From the NCBI GenBank assembly GCA_003152995.1, contig PMBR01000089.1, forward strand, positions 45,893-109,892: a DNA stretch of 64,000 nt, given 5' to 3'. The notes beneath the pieces are model-generated. The model searched no databases and was not told the DNA's origin. It saw only the letters and a program-made list of their open reading frames with translations. Positions within the stretch are counted from its first letter, which is position 1, and each line of letters opens with the position of its first letter. Below, in pieces: positions 37,550-46,768 of this stretch. A program made the translations under genes and the position numbers. Source of the DNA: Chloroflexota bacterium (GTDB lineage Bacteria; Chloroflexota; Limnocylindria; Limnocylindrales; CSP1-4).

Positions 37550-38518
37550 ATGAGCGACGCCGCCGCTTCTGCCTCGCCGCCGTCCGCGCCGGCCGCGCCG
37601 GCAGTCGACCGCTCGCCTTCGAACGTCCGCGTCTGGCTGCTTGCGATTCGACCGGCGACACTGCCGGCCGCGGTCGGGCCGGTGCTCGTCGGACTGGGCG
37701 CCTCGATCGGTTCGGGTGCAGCGTTTCGACTCGACACTGCTCTTGCGTGCCTGGCGGTGGCATTGCTGCTGCAGGTTGCGGCAAACCTGGCAAATGACCT
37801 GGCCGACTTCCGCCGGGGCGCCGACACGCCGGACCGGACGGGCCCGGTCAGGGTGGCCGCGGCGGGTTTGATGACGGAACGCCGGCTCGAGGTTGGGATC
37901 GGCGTAGTCATTGCGGCCTCGGCCGCTATCGGTGCGTACCTGGCGGTCGTCGGCGGCGTCATCATGCTTGGCCTCGGGGCACTCGCCGTCGTCTCGGCCC
38001 TGGCCTACACCGGCGGACCCTGGCCGTACGGCTATCGAGGCCTGGGCGAAGTCTTCGTATTCGCATTCTTCGGCCTGATGGCGGTGGCCGTGACCGCGTA
38101 TCTGCAGGCCGGTCGCATCGAAACCGTGTATCTGCTCGCGGCCATTCCGATGGGCGCGCTCATCACCGGGATCCTCGTCGTGAACAACCTGCGCGACATT
38201 CCGACCGATCGGGCGGCCGAGAAGCGAACTCTGGCGGTCACCTTCGGCGAGGGATTCGCGAAGGCCGAGTACTACGCGATGCTGGTCGTGGCGGCGGTTG
38301 CGCCGGTGACTCTGCTCGCGGCGCGGCTCGCCGGACCGGCGGTCCTGCTGCCGCTGTTCACGGGCCTGATGGTCGAGCCGATGGTGCGCGAGGTGGCCGC
38401 CGTCGGGCCCGGGTCCGATCGGCGCCGACTCAATCGAGTGCTGGCCGGAACTGCGCGGTTGTCGCTCGTCTACGGTGTGCTCTTCGCCGCGGGACTCTCG
38501 ATCAGGATCGGCGCGTGA
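37550..38518 (+). CDS. menA: DHNA polyprenyltransferase
   Basis: RPATLPAA, NLANDLAD, YTGGP, NNLRDIPTD. Confidence 0.93.
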   Translation: MSDAAASASPPSAPAAPAVDRSPSNVRVWLLAIRPATLPAAVGPVLVGLGASIGSGAAFRLDTALACLAVALLLQVAANLANDLADFRRGADTPDRTGPVRVAAAGLMTERRLEVGIGVVIAASAAIGAYLAVVGGVIMLGLGALAVVSALAYTGGPWPYGYRGLGEVFVFAFFGLMAVAVTAYLQAGRIETVYLLAAIPMGALITGILVVNNLRDIPTDRAAEKRTLAVTFGEGFAKAEYYAMLVVAAVAPVTLLAARLAGPAVLLPLFTGLMVEPMVREVAAVGPGSDRRRLNRVLAGTARLSLVYGVLFAAGLSIRIGA

Positions 38519-39636
38519 GCGGCGAAGGCGCGGCTGTCGTTGCGGCGGAGGCGATTCGGGTTCGTGTGCCGTTCCGGCGCCCCGTGGTCACCGCGGCGGG
38601 CGCGTGGCGCCACCGCGAATCGTGGATCTTTCGGCTTTTCGACGCGGAGGGCGTAGTCGGACTTGGCGAGGCGGCGCTGGATTTCGAGGCGGGCCCAGCC
38701 GTGGCGGCCGAACTGGCGCGGCTGGTCCGCGAGACGGTCGAGCGGGTGCGCGCCGGCAGCGGATTGCCGTCCGGAGCCGAACTCGAGGCGGCCGGCGCGG
38801 GGGGCCGGGCGCTTCGGTGCGCGCTCGACTCTGCTGTGCTCGACTCGACGCTGCAGGCGAGGCCCCAAGCCGGCGGCCCGCGGTCCGTGCCAGTCAACGC
38901 CACCATTGGGTTCCTCGGTGCGAGTGAGACCGCGGCCGCCGCGCGGGCCGCGGTCTCGGCGGGATTCGGGACGATCAAGATGAAGGTCGGCCCGGAGCGA
39001 ACCACTGTGGAGCTGATCGAGCGCGTGGCGGCGGTCCGGGCGGCTGCCGGGACGGACGTGCGCCTACGGCTGGATGCAAACGGGGCGTGGGACGTTGCCA
39101 CTGCCCGGGAGCGCCTCGCGGCCGTGGCGCCGTACCGGATCGAGTACGTGGAGCAGCCGGTCGCTGCGGACGACCCGTCCGATCTGGCGGCGGTCCGCGA
39201 GGGCTCCCCGGTCGCGATAGCGGCGGACGAGTCAATGTCATCGGTCGCGGCGGCGCGCGAGCTGCTCGCGGCCAGGGCCGCCGACGTACTGGTCGTCAAG
39301 CCGGCACGGGTCGGCGGACCGACGGCAGCGTGGAAGATCGAGGAGATGGCTTTCGCCGCCGGCGTCTCAGTTGTCATTTCCACGCTCTTCGAGACCGGCG
39401 TCGGCATTGCCGCCGCGCTGGCGACTGCTGCCGGCCTCTCTCCGGTCGCCGGCGCCATGGCCGATCTCGCCCACGGCCTCGCGACCGCCGGTATGCTCGA
39501 GTCGGATCTACTCGAAAAGTCGCTCAGGATCGTCGACGGCCGGATGGTCGTTCCGGATGGCCCGGGCCTCGGGATCGCCCTGGACGAAACGGCACTCCAG
39601 CGCTACGCCGTCGAGCGGCTCGCGAGCCGGACGTGA
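38515..39636 (+). CDS. menC: o-succinylbenzoate synthase (enolase superfamily)
   Basis: KMKVG, RLDANGAW, YVEQP, ADES, VVKP; operon context. Confidence 0.88.
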   Translation: MSGEGAAVVAAEAIRVRVPFRRPVVTAAGAWRHRESWIFRLFDAEGVVGLGEAALDFEAGPAVAAELARLVRETVERVRAGSGLPSGAELEAAGAGGRALRCALDSAVLDSTLQARPQAGGPRSVPVNATIGFLGASETAAAARAAVSAGFGTIKMKVGPERTTVELIERVAAVRAAAGTDVRLRLDANGAWDVATARERLAAVAPYRIEYVEQPVAADDPSDLAAVREGSPVAIAADESMSSVAAARELLAARAADVLVVKPARVGGPTAAWKIEEMAFAAGVSVVISTLFETGVGIAAALATAAGLSPVAGAMADLAHGLATAGMLESDLLEKSLRIVDGRMVVPDGPGLGIALDETALQRYAVERLASRT

Positions 39637-41939
39637 CGGCGGCGCTGTCATTCGTCGAGGCCGCGCGAGCCCATGCCCGCCTCCAACCCGACGATCTTGC
39701 CATCCTCGACGGCGACCTGCGCTGGTCCTGGTCCGAGCTGGATCGCCGGGCCGACGCACTGGTGGCCGGTTTGGAAGCAGCAGGCATCGTGCCGGGCGAT
39801 CGCGTCGGGCTCCTCGCCACGTCATCGGCCGGGGTCGTGGCCGCGCTCCACGGAATGGTCCGGGCAGGCGTTGCAGTCGTGCCCATCGGCCCGCGTCTGA
39901 CACGACCGGAAATGGCCACCATCGCTGCCGCTGCGCGCCTCCGGGCTGTCGTCGCGTCGAGCGGCGCCCAACCTGGGATCGACGGAGTGGCCGGCCTCGA
40001 CCTCGAGAGTTTGCTCGACTCCGGGCCGCCGCGTTCGCGCCGCCTCGCCGCGCCGGCTCGTACGCCCGGTACCCCCGCGGTCATCGTTCCGACTTCGGGG
40101 ACCACAGGTCTGCCGAAACTCGTCCGGCTGGGAGCGGGACAGCTCGACGCCAGCGCCGCCGCATGGTCGGCCGTGCTTCCGCCCGCGACCGGCTGGCTCC
40201 TTTCGCTGACAGTGGCCCACGTCTCCGGCATCGGAATCGTCGTCCGCGCGGCTGCGGCCGGCGTTCCGGTCGTCGTGCCCTGCCCGACAAACGACGAGCC
40301 GATCGACTCCGGACTGCGGGCCGCGCGGTCGGCGGGCATCAGCGTGAGTCACCTCTCCCTGGTGGTCCCGCAACTCGTCCGCCTTCTCGACGCGTCGGGC
40401 GCGGATGCACTGCCGGAGGAGGTCCGCGCGATTCTCCTCGGCGGCGGCCCGATCCCCGAGTCTCTCGTGTCCCGGGCGCTGGCGGCCGGCTGGCCGATCG
40501 TCCCGAGCTACGGCATGACCGAGACCGCTTCGGGCGTGGTCTCGATGCCGCTGGGTGAGGCGCGCCGCCGCCCCTGGTCGGCCGGACGTCCGCTGCCAAG
40601 TGTCGAAGTCCGGATCGACTCTTGCGCGACCGCGCTGGACGTGGGAGCCGTCGGCGAGATCCTCGTCCGCGGCCCGATGGTCTTCGACGGTTACGAGAAC
40701 GACACTGAGGCGACCGCCTCCACTCTCGACGCCGAGGGCTGGCTCCGCACCGGAGATCTCGGCAGCATCGAGGCCGGAGGCTGGCTCCGCGTCGTGGCCC
40801 GCCGCGACGAGATCATCATCTCGGGCGGCGAGAACGTCGCGCCCGCCGAGATCGAGGGCGTCCTCGCGAGCCACCCGTCGGTCGTCGACGTCGGCGTGAT
40901 CGGCGTACCCGACGACCGGTGGGGTTCGGTGCCCATCGCCTTCGTCGTCCTGCGTTCCGGGTCCGGTGCGACGCAGGAGACTCTGCGCGGCTTTGCCCGC
41001 GAGCGACTGGCGCCGTTCAAGGTGCCGGCTCGAGTGATCGAAGTGGCGACACTCCCAAGATCGTCGTCCGGCAAGCTGCTTCGCCGCTCGCTCGCCGAAC
41101 TGGCATCGGCGCCTAGACGCCGGCCGTCGCTTGCCGGAACGACGAAGATCGAGGCCGACGACGGCCAGCCGCTCGCCTTCCGCGACCTGGCCGGGCCGAA
41201 CGGCGCCCAGACGGTGGTTCTTCTCCACGCGACGCTTTCGAATTCTGGTCAGCTTCTCCGAATCGCAAACCGGCTTCGCGGCGATGCTCGCGTATTGCTG
41301 ACGGATCGGCGGGGGAGCGGCTCCAGTGCGATGCAAATCGCGGCGCCGGTTTCGATTGCGCGCCATGTCGCCGACCTGCTGGCCGTCCTCGACGCCAACT
41401 CGGTGGCGCGCCCGGTCATCTTCGGTCATAGCTTCGGCGCGCTGCTGGCCATCGAGTTTGCGGCGCGTCATCCCGAGCGGACGGCAGCAGTCGTCGCGTA
41501 CGAGCCGCCTTACCTCACAGTCGCACCCCCGGAAGTGCTGACGCGACTCGGCCGAGTTGGCGAGGCCGTCGAGGTTGCGTACGCGTCGGGAGGGCCCGCG
41601 ACCGCGGCCCGTCTGTTCGTCCGTCTAGTGGCCGGCGACGACGCGTGGGATCGGCTCGAACCCGCCCAACGCGCCTGGCTGGAGGCCGAGGGTTCGGGCG
41701 CGCTGGCCGACACCTCGATGGCCGATCTCGACCTCGCGGGGCTGTCACGCATCGCCTGCTCCGTCGTGCTCGCCACCGGAAGCGCCTCGGACGACTTCTA
41801 CGCCCCGATTGCCGACTCGCTGGCAGCTGCCATCCCCGGCTCGCAGCGAGTCGTCCTTGCGGGCCTCCGCCACGTCGCGCCGATCACCGACCCGGCCCCG
41901 ATCGCCGAGCTGATTGAAAAGACGTACCGGGGCACTTGA
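39633..41939 (+). CDS. menE: o-succinylbenzoate-CoA ligase fused to a C-terminal alpha/beta hydrolase
   Basis: TSGTTGLPK, SYGMTET, TGDLG, SGGENV, SSGKLLR, then in frame GHSFG nucleophile elbow with downstream Asp and His. Confidence 0.88.
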   Translation: MTAALSFVEAARAHARLQPDDLAILDGDLRWSWSELDRRADALVAGLEAAGIVPGDRVGLLATSSAGVVAALHGMVRAGVAVVPIGPRLTRPEMATIAAAARLRAVVASSGAQPGIDGVAGLDLESLLDSGPPRSRRLAAPARTPGTPAVIVPTSGTTGLPKLVRLGAGQLDASAAAWSAVLPPATGWLLSLTVAHVSGIGIVVRAAAAGVPVVVPCPTNDEPIDSGLRAARSAGISVSHLSLVVPQLVRLLDASGADALPEEVRAILLGGGPIPESLVSRALAAGWPIVPSYGMTETASGVVSMPLGEARRRPWSAGRPLPSVEVRIDSCATALDVGAVGEILVRGPMVFDGYENDTEATASTLDAEGWLRTGDLGSIEAGGWLRVVARRDEIIISGGENVAPAEIEGVLASHPSVVDVGVIGVPDDRWGSVPIAFVVLRSGSGATQETLRGFARERLAPFKVPARVIEVATLPRSSSGKLLRRSLAELASAPRRRPSLAGTTKIEADDGQPLAFRDLAGPNGAQTVVLLHATLSNSGQLLRIANRLRGDARVLLTDRRGSGSSAMQIAAPVSIARHVADLLAVLDANSVARPVIFGHSFGALLAIEFAARHPERTAAVVAYEPPYLTVAPPEVLTRLGRVGEAVEVAYASGGPATAARLFVRLVAGDDAWDRLEPAQRAWLEAEGSGALADTSMADLDLAGLSRIACSVVLATGSASDDFYAPIADSLAAAIPGSQRVVLAGLRHVAPITDPAPIAELIEKTYRGT

Positions 41940-41976
41940 GGTGCCCCGGTACGTTTCCTGACGGCAATGAAGGTGG

Positions 41977-42951
41977 CTACAGGCGATCTACCAGCGGTAG
42001 AAGATCGGTCTCGATATCGGCATCGGACGCACCGCAATCAACTCGGGCCAGTAGCCATGACTCCGGGTGGTCGAGGTGCGCGCCGGGTTCGAGACGGGTG
42101 AGGGGCCCGAGTGTTTCGACTTCGAGCATGTCGGGGTCGGTGTACGTCTCGGTGTTGCAGCCCATGTCCGAATAGGTGGCGCCGGGATAGTACGGGTAGC
42201 GCTTGACGAGAACCTCGTTTCCGAGCACGTAGGCCGCCCAGCCCTTCGAGTTGAGCATGCCGACCTTCTGCTTGGTGGTGGCCTTCGGATCCTGGCGGAG
42301 CTGGATGTACTTGCAGCCCCAGGTCCAGCGTGGATCGCTCATGTCGGTGAAGTGCCAGAGCACGAGAGGCCGCGCCGGGACGAGGCAATCGGGATGAGGC
42401 TTGTAGTCTTCCTGGGGATAGATCGCCCGGCCGCCCGCAGCCATGACCGAGAGCGCCCAGGCCGAGAGCTCGATGGCCCACGGGTTTCGATTCGTGATCC
42501 GGTGCTCGACTTCCACCCTCGGATCCGTGGGCGAAAGGGTTATGCGAATCTCTTTCTCGATCCCATTTGAGGGTTCGACGGACCGGAGCGTGAGGCTCTT
42601 GCCGTCCCAGGCGTGCTCGACCGGAACGTTGTCGGGTGTGTAGGTGCGGGGGAATACCTCGGGCGCATGCCACAGCCGATGCCCGCCGTAGTTGTTCCAT
42701 TCGGGATCGCCGGTCCGACCCAATGTCGACGGGTAGTTGTGGAACAGGTTCTGCCCGCCCACGAAACCGAGCCGGATTATGCGAGGGCCCACGTCGGTCG
42801 TCACCACGAGCTCGATCTCTCCGTTGGACAGGCGAATCGAGTTCGCCCAGCCGCCGAAGTCGACGATCTCCATCGCGCTCGACGCTTCGTTCATGGTCGA
42901 CGAGGGGTCCTCGAGGCCCACCGGCACTCGAGAGTCCATCCCACTGGGCAT
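41977..42951 (-). CDS. Hypothetical protein, DUF4380 / galactose-mutarotase-like beta-sandwich
   Basis: LVVTTDVGPRII, YGGHRLWHAPE, LEVETLGPL; last gene of the sugar ABC operon. Confidence 0.65.
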   Translation of the reverse strand: MPSGMDSRVPVGLEDPSSTMNEASSAMEIVDFGGWANSIRLSNGEIELVVTTDVGPRIIRLGFVGGQNLFHNYPSTLGRTGDPEWNNYGGHRLWHAPEVFPRTYTPDNVPVEHAWDGKSLTLRSVEPSNGIEKEIRITLSPTDPRVEVEHRITNRNPWAIELSAWALSVMAAGGRAIYPQEDYKPHPDCLVPARPLVLWHFTDMSDPRWTWGCKYIQLRQDPKATTKQKVGMLNSKGWAAYVLGNEVLVKRYPYYPGATYSDMGCNTETYTDPDMLEVETLGPLTRLEPGAHLDHPESWLLARVDCGASDADIETDLLPLVDRL

Positions 42952-42959
42952 CATTCTCC

Positions 42960-44516
42960 TCAGCCGACCGCTGCTGCTGCTTTTGGCGCTTCCGTCTGCG
43001 CCATGGCGGGAATCTCTCCGATCGCTTCGCGCAGGATGTCCGACTCGGCGGCCTCGCCGCGCGCGAACTCGCGGCAGATGGCACCGCGCCGCATAACGAT
43101 TATCCGGTGGCTCATCTCAAGAGCCTCGGTGTAATCCGATGTCAACATCAGGATCCCGACCCCGCGCTCGAGCAGTTCCTCCATGATGCCGTAGATCTCG
43201 CGCTTGCCGTTGATGTCGATGCCGCGCGTGGGCTCATCGAAGATCAGGACCTGGCATTCGGCGCCCAACCACTTGGCCACGACAACCTTCTGCTGGTTGC
43301 CGCCCGAGAGTTGCATGGCGAAGGTACGCCCATTGGGCGCCTTGACCGACAGCCGGCCCATGATCCCGACGACTTCCTTGTCCAGCCGGGACTGATTCAC
43401 GATTCCCAACGTGCTGAGCCGGTACAGGCTGGGGTATGCGTAGTTGTCGCGAATTGTGTGATCCTGAATGAGCCCCAGGCTCTTGCGATCCTCGGGCAGA
43501 TAAGCAATGCCGTCGCGAATGCCGTCCTGCGGGGAGCGGGGGCGGATACGCTTCTCGTGGACGTAGATCTCGCCGCTATCGAATGGATCCACGCCGGCGA
43601 TGGCTCGACCAAGCTCAGTCTTCCCGGCGCCCATGAGACCGGTGACGCCGACGATCTCGCCCCTCTTGATCACGAGATTGACGTGATCGAGGACCCGTCC
43701 GCGGCAGATGTTCTCCACCCTCAGAGCGTTCTCATCTGACGGCGTTCGGAGGTCCGGGTATTGCTTCTTGACCTCCCCGCCGATCATCAGTTCGATCATC
43801 TTGTCGAACGCCAGGTCCTTGATCTCATAGGTGCCGACGTTTGAGCCGTCCCTCAGGATCGTGACGCGATCGCCGATTTCGGCTACTTCGGCGTACCGGT
43901 GTGAGATGTATACGAAGGCGACGCCCTGTTCCTTCTTGAGCTGGCGAATGACCGCGAACAGGTCCTTGCGGGACCGGTCTTCCAGGACGTCCGTCGGTTC
44001 ATCGAGGACGAGGACCTTCGCCTTGGTCGTCAGAGCGCGAGCGATCTCCACCATCTTCTGCTCGGTGACGCTCAGCCTCGAGACCGTTTCCCTGGGGTCC
44101 AAATCGATATGGAATTTCTTGAGGTATTGGGTCGCACGCGCGTAAAGCGTCTTCTCATCAACGAGCCCGCCCCTCGTCGGCTCCATGCCCAGGAACATGT
44201 TGCGGGCGATATCCAGGTTCTTGGCCAGGCTCAATTCCTGGTAGATGAAGCGAAGGCCCTGATCCAGCGCGTCCTGCGGCGTGCTGATCGAAACCACTTG
44301 CCCGTCGACCAGGATTTCCCCTGAATCGGTCTTGTAGGCGCCGCTCAGCACTTTGATGAGCGTGCTCTTGCCGGCTCCGTTCTCGCCGAGCAATACGTGG
44401 ACCTCACCCGGACGAAGCTGAAAATTGACACTGTTCAGTGCCAGCACGCCGGGGAATGCCTTGACGATGTTCCGCATCTCTACGACGAAGGTTGTGGTGT
44501 CCGGAGTGCTCGGCAT
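42960..44516 (-). CDS. Monosaccharide ABC transporter ATP-binding protein (RbsA-like, two NBDs)
   Basis: GENGAGKS, LDEPT, LSGGNQQK, FDEPTRGID. Confidence 0.94.
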   Translation of the reverse strand: MPSTPDTTTFVVEMRNIVKAFPGVLALNSVNFQLRPGEVHVLLGENGAGKSTLIKVLSGAYKTDSGEILVDGQVVSISTPQDALDQGLRFIYQELSLAKNLDIARNMFLGMEPTRGGLVDEKTLYARATQYLKKFHIDLDPRETVSRLSVTEQKMVEIARALTTKAKVLVLDEPTDVLEDRSRKDLFAVIRQLKKEQGVAFVYISHRYAEVAEIGDRVTILRDGSNVGTYEIKDLAFDKMIELMIGGEVKKQYPDLRTPSDENALRVENICRGRVLDHVNLVIKRGEIVGVTGLMGAGKTELGRAIAGVDPFDSGEIYVHEKRIRPRSPQDGIRDGIAYLPEDRKSLGLIQDHTIRDNYAYPSLYRLSTLGIVNQSRLDKEVVGIMGRLSVKAPNGRTFAMQLSGGNQQKVVVAKWLGAECQVLIFDEPTRGIDINGKREIYGIMEELLERGVGILMLTSDYTEALEMSHRIIVMRRGAICREFARGEAAESDILREAIGEIPAMAQTEAPKAAAAVG

Positions 44517-44532
44517 GACTCTCCTGCTCGGG

Positions 44533-44572
44533 TGACCTGCGAGGCCCCGTTATGCGAAGGCCTCGCAGGTCA
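44533..44572 (-). terminator. 14-bp stem-loop downstream of the binding-protein gene
   Basis: TGACCTGCGAGGCC ... GGCCTCGCAGGTCA. Confidence 0.55.
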
Positions 44573-44629
44573 AATCCGAAAGCAACGCTAAGGAACTCTA
44601 CGAGTTGAAGATGCTAGGAGCCAATCGGC

Positions 44630-45616
44630 CTACTGGAAGGTCGCCGCGTTGGTCTTGTCGATCACGATGCCCGGGATGAGGACGGTCTTCTGAACCGTGC
44701 CACCCTGAAGGATGGTGATCGCGTCGTCGACGATGGTCTTGCCCATCGAGACGTTGTCCTGATGGATGCTGGCGGTCTCGGTGCCGGCGAGGATGGCGGT
44801 GAGCTCGGCGGCGGAGCCGTCGAAGCCGTAGACGCCGATCTTAGCGGTCTTGCCCTTGTCCGCAACGGCCTTGGCCACAGCGGCGGCGCCGTCAGAGTGC
44901 GGAACAAAGATGGCAACGAGGTCGGGGACGGAGGCGATAGCGGCGGTGGCTATGCTGACGTCCGTGACGGAGTCCCAGTTGCCGTACTGACCATCGTCGG
45001 TCATGCCGCAGGCCTTGATCTTGTCCTCGACACCCTTCTTGCGCGCGTCACCGCTCTGGGCGCCGACGGTGCCACCGAGGACGAGGACAGTGCCCTTGCC
45101 GCCGGTGTTCTTGCAGATGAGGTCGCCGATCAGGTTGCCGGCGCCTTCGTTGTCCGTCTGGATCAGCGCGGAGATGTACGGATTGTCAATGCCGGTGTCG
45201 ACGGCGAGGATCGGGATGTTGGCGGCCTGGGCCTTGGTGATCGTGTCGCCCCAAACCCGGTTGTCGACGGAGCCGATGATGATCGCGGAGGGCTTCTGCG
45301 TCAGCTCGGAGTTGACGGCGGCCAGCTGAGTGGCGGAGTCGTTGACAGTGGCGGTCACGTCAACAAACGTCACGCCCTTGGCCGTAGCTTCGGCGGCAGC
45401 GGCCTTGCCGAGGATGTTCCAGTACGTGTTGCTGGTCGAGTATCCGGAGTAGGCGATCGTGATGGGCGCGGCAGTCGTTGCGACAGTCGGCGCGACGGTC
45501 GTTGCGACAGTCGGCGCGACAGTCGGCGCGACGGTCGGCGCGACAGGCGAGGGGGTGGCACTCGATGAGCAGCCAGCCAGAACGACGGCTGTGACCAGAA
45601 GGAGAGCCCGTTTCAT
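44630..45616 (-). CDS. Monosaccharide ABC substrate-binding lipoprotein (RbsB-like)
   Basis: GGAG RBS, lipobox VLAGC, PTVA repeats, IQTDN, VYGFDG. Confidence 0.9.
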   Translation of the reverse strand: MKRALLLVTAVVLAGCSSSATPSPVAPTVAPTVAPTVATTVAPTVATTAAPITIAYSGYSTSNTYWNILGKAAAAEATAKGVTFVDVTATVNDSATQLAAVNSELTQKPSAIIIGSVDNRVWGDTITKAQAANIPILAVDTGIDNPYISALIQTDNEGAGNLIGDLICKNTGGKGTVLVLGGTVGAQSGDARKKGVEDKIKACGMTDDGQYGNWDSVTDVSIATAAIASVPDLVAIFVPHSDGAAAVAKAVADKGKTAKIGVYGFDGSAAELTAILAGTETASIHQDNVSMGKTIVDDAITILQGGTVQKTVLIPGIVIDKTNAATFQ

Positions 45617-45683
45617 GTGTTCCATCTCCCGTTTTTCGTTTGCATCTCTTTGAGCTCGAGGTTCCTCTTGAGCTCGAGAGTTA

Positions 45684-46676
45684 TCAGCTTCCGATTCCAA
45701 CCCTATTCCATAGACTCCTCTTCTTAGCGGAGGTGACGCCAGGCCTGCGAGAAGCGCTGGCCCGTCTTTGGGTGTGATCAACCCACACGGCAACAATCAA
45801 CACAGCTCCGGTCGCGACCAACTGCCAGAACGCGTCGTAGTGCAGATAGATCAGGCCGGCAAAGATTGATTCGTAGATGAGGACGCCGATGATGGTTCTG
45901 CTCACACCGCCGACGCCGCCGAACATGCTCGTTCCGCCGATCACGACGCCGGCGATCGCCCACATTTCCATGCCCTGGCCGCGGTCCACATAGGCGAAGT
46001 CCACACGTGCCGTGTATACGATCGCGCCCAGGGCGGCCATGATTCCGCAGATCATGTAGATCAGGACGATGTTGCGCTTAACCGGGATGCCGGCCAGACG
46101 AGCAACCTCTGCGTTGCCGCCTTGGGCATAGACCTGGAAGCCGAGCCTCGTCTTGGACAGGATGAACCAGATGGTCAGGAAGGCGATTGCGGAGAGCAGC
46201 AACGGCCCGGGAAGGCCAGAGCCTAGCCAGTCGAAGTTCTTGCCGAACTGCTCCATGTCGACGCCGGCGCCCCACATGTCGGCAACCCCTCGGAAGGCCA
46301 ACTGGGTTCCGAGTGTGGCGATCAGTGTCGGGATGCCCGTCTTCACAACGATGACGCCGTTGGTGATGCCGCACAGCGCGCCGGCTCCCAGTCCGATAAC
46401 AACTGCGAGCGGCCAGAACATGTGGGCCACCAGCAACTGGCCGACGACCACGGACACGAGGGCGTAGATCGACCCAACAGAAAGGTCGAGGCAGTTACCG
46501 ATCAGGGCGATCGTCATGCCGCAACACATGATGAAGAGGCCGGACCCGGTCGAATTCTCGAGGACGTTGTCGATCGCTTCCCAGTCCCGGGCGATAGGCG
46601 CGAGCGCCCAGATCACAACCCAGATGAGGACCAGACCCAGCAGCGGTCCGGCGATTTCTCTTAGTTGCCTTTGCAC
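45684..46676 (-). CDS. Monosaccharide ABC transporter permease (RbsC-like)
   Basis: LDLSVGS, IPTLIATLG, GGNAEVARLAGI, VVIGGTSMFGG. Confidence 0.92.
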   Translation of the reverse strand: MQRQLREIAGPLLGLVLIWVVIWALAPIARDWEAIDNVLENSTGSGLFIMCCGMTIALIGNCLDLSVGSIYALVSVVVGQLLVAHMFWPLAVVIGLGAGALCGITNGVIVVKTGIPTLIATLGTQLAFRGVADMWGAGVDMEQFGKNFDWLGSGLPGPLLLSAIAFLTIWFILSKTRLGFQVYAQGGNAEVARLAGIPVKRNIVLIYMICGIMAALGAIVYTARVDFAYVDRGQGMEMWAIAGVVIGGTSMFGGVGGVSRTIIGVLIYESIFAGLIYLHYDAFWQLVATGAVLIVAVWVDHTQRRASASRRPGVTSAKKRSLWNRVGIGS

Positions 46677-46768
46677 TCTAGTTCTCCTTGATTGGACGAT
46701 TGCCGCTGGATTCGCTGGCTGGAATCAGGGGCGTGGATTCGATTCGTCGTGGAGTCGCAACAGAAGTT

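Noticed and set aside
45650..45678. TTGAGCTCGAG repeated twice before the binding-protein gene
   Set aside because: Short, local and not seen elsewhere in the window; no function can be supported
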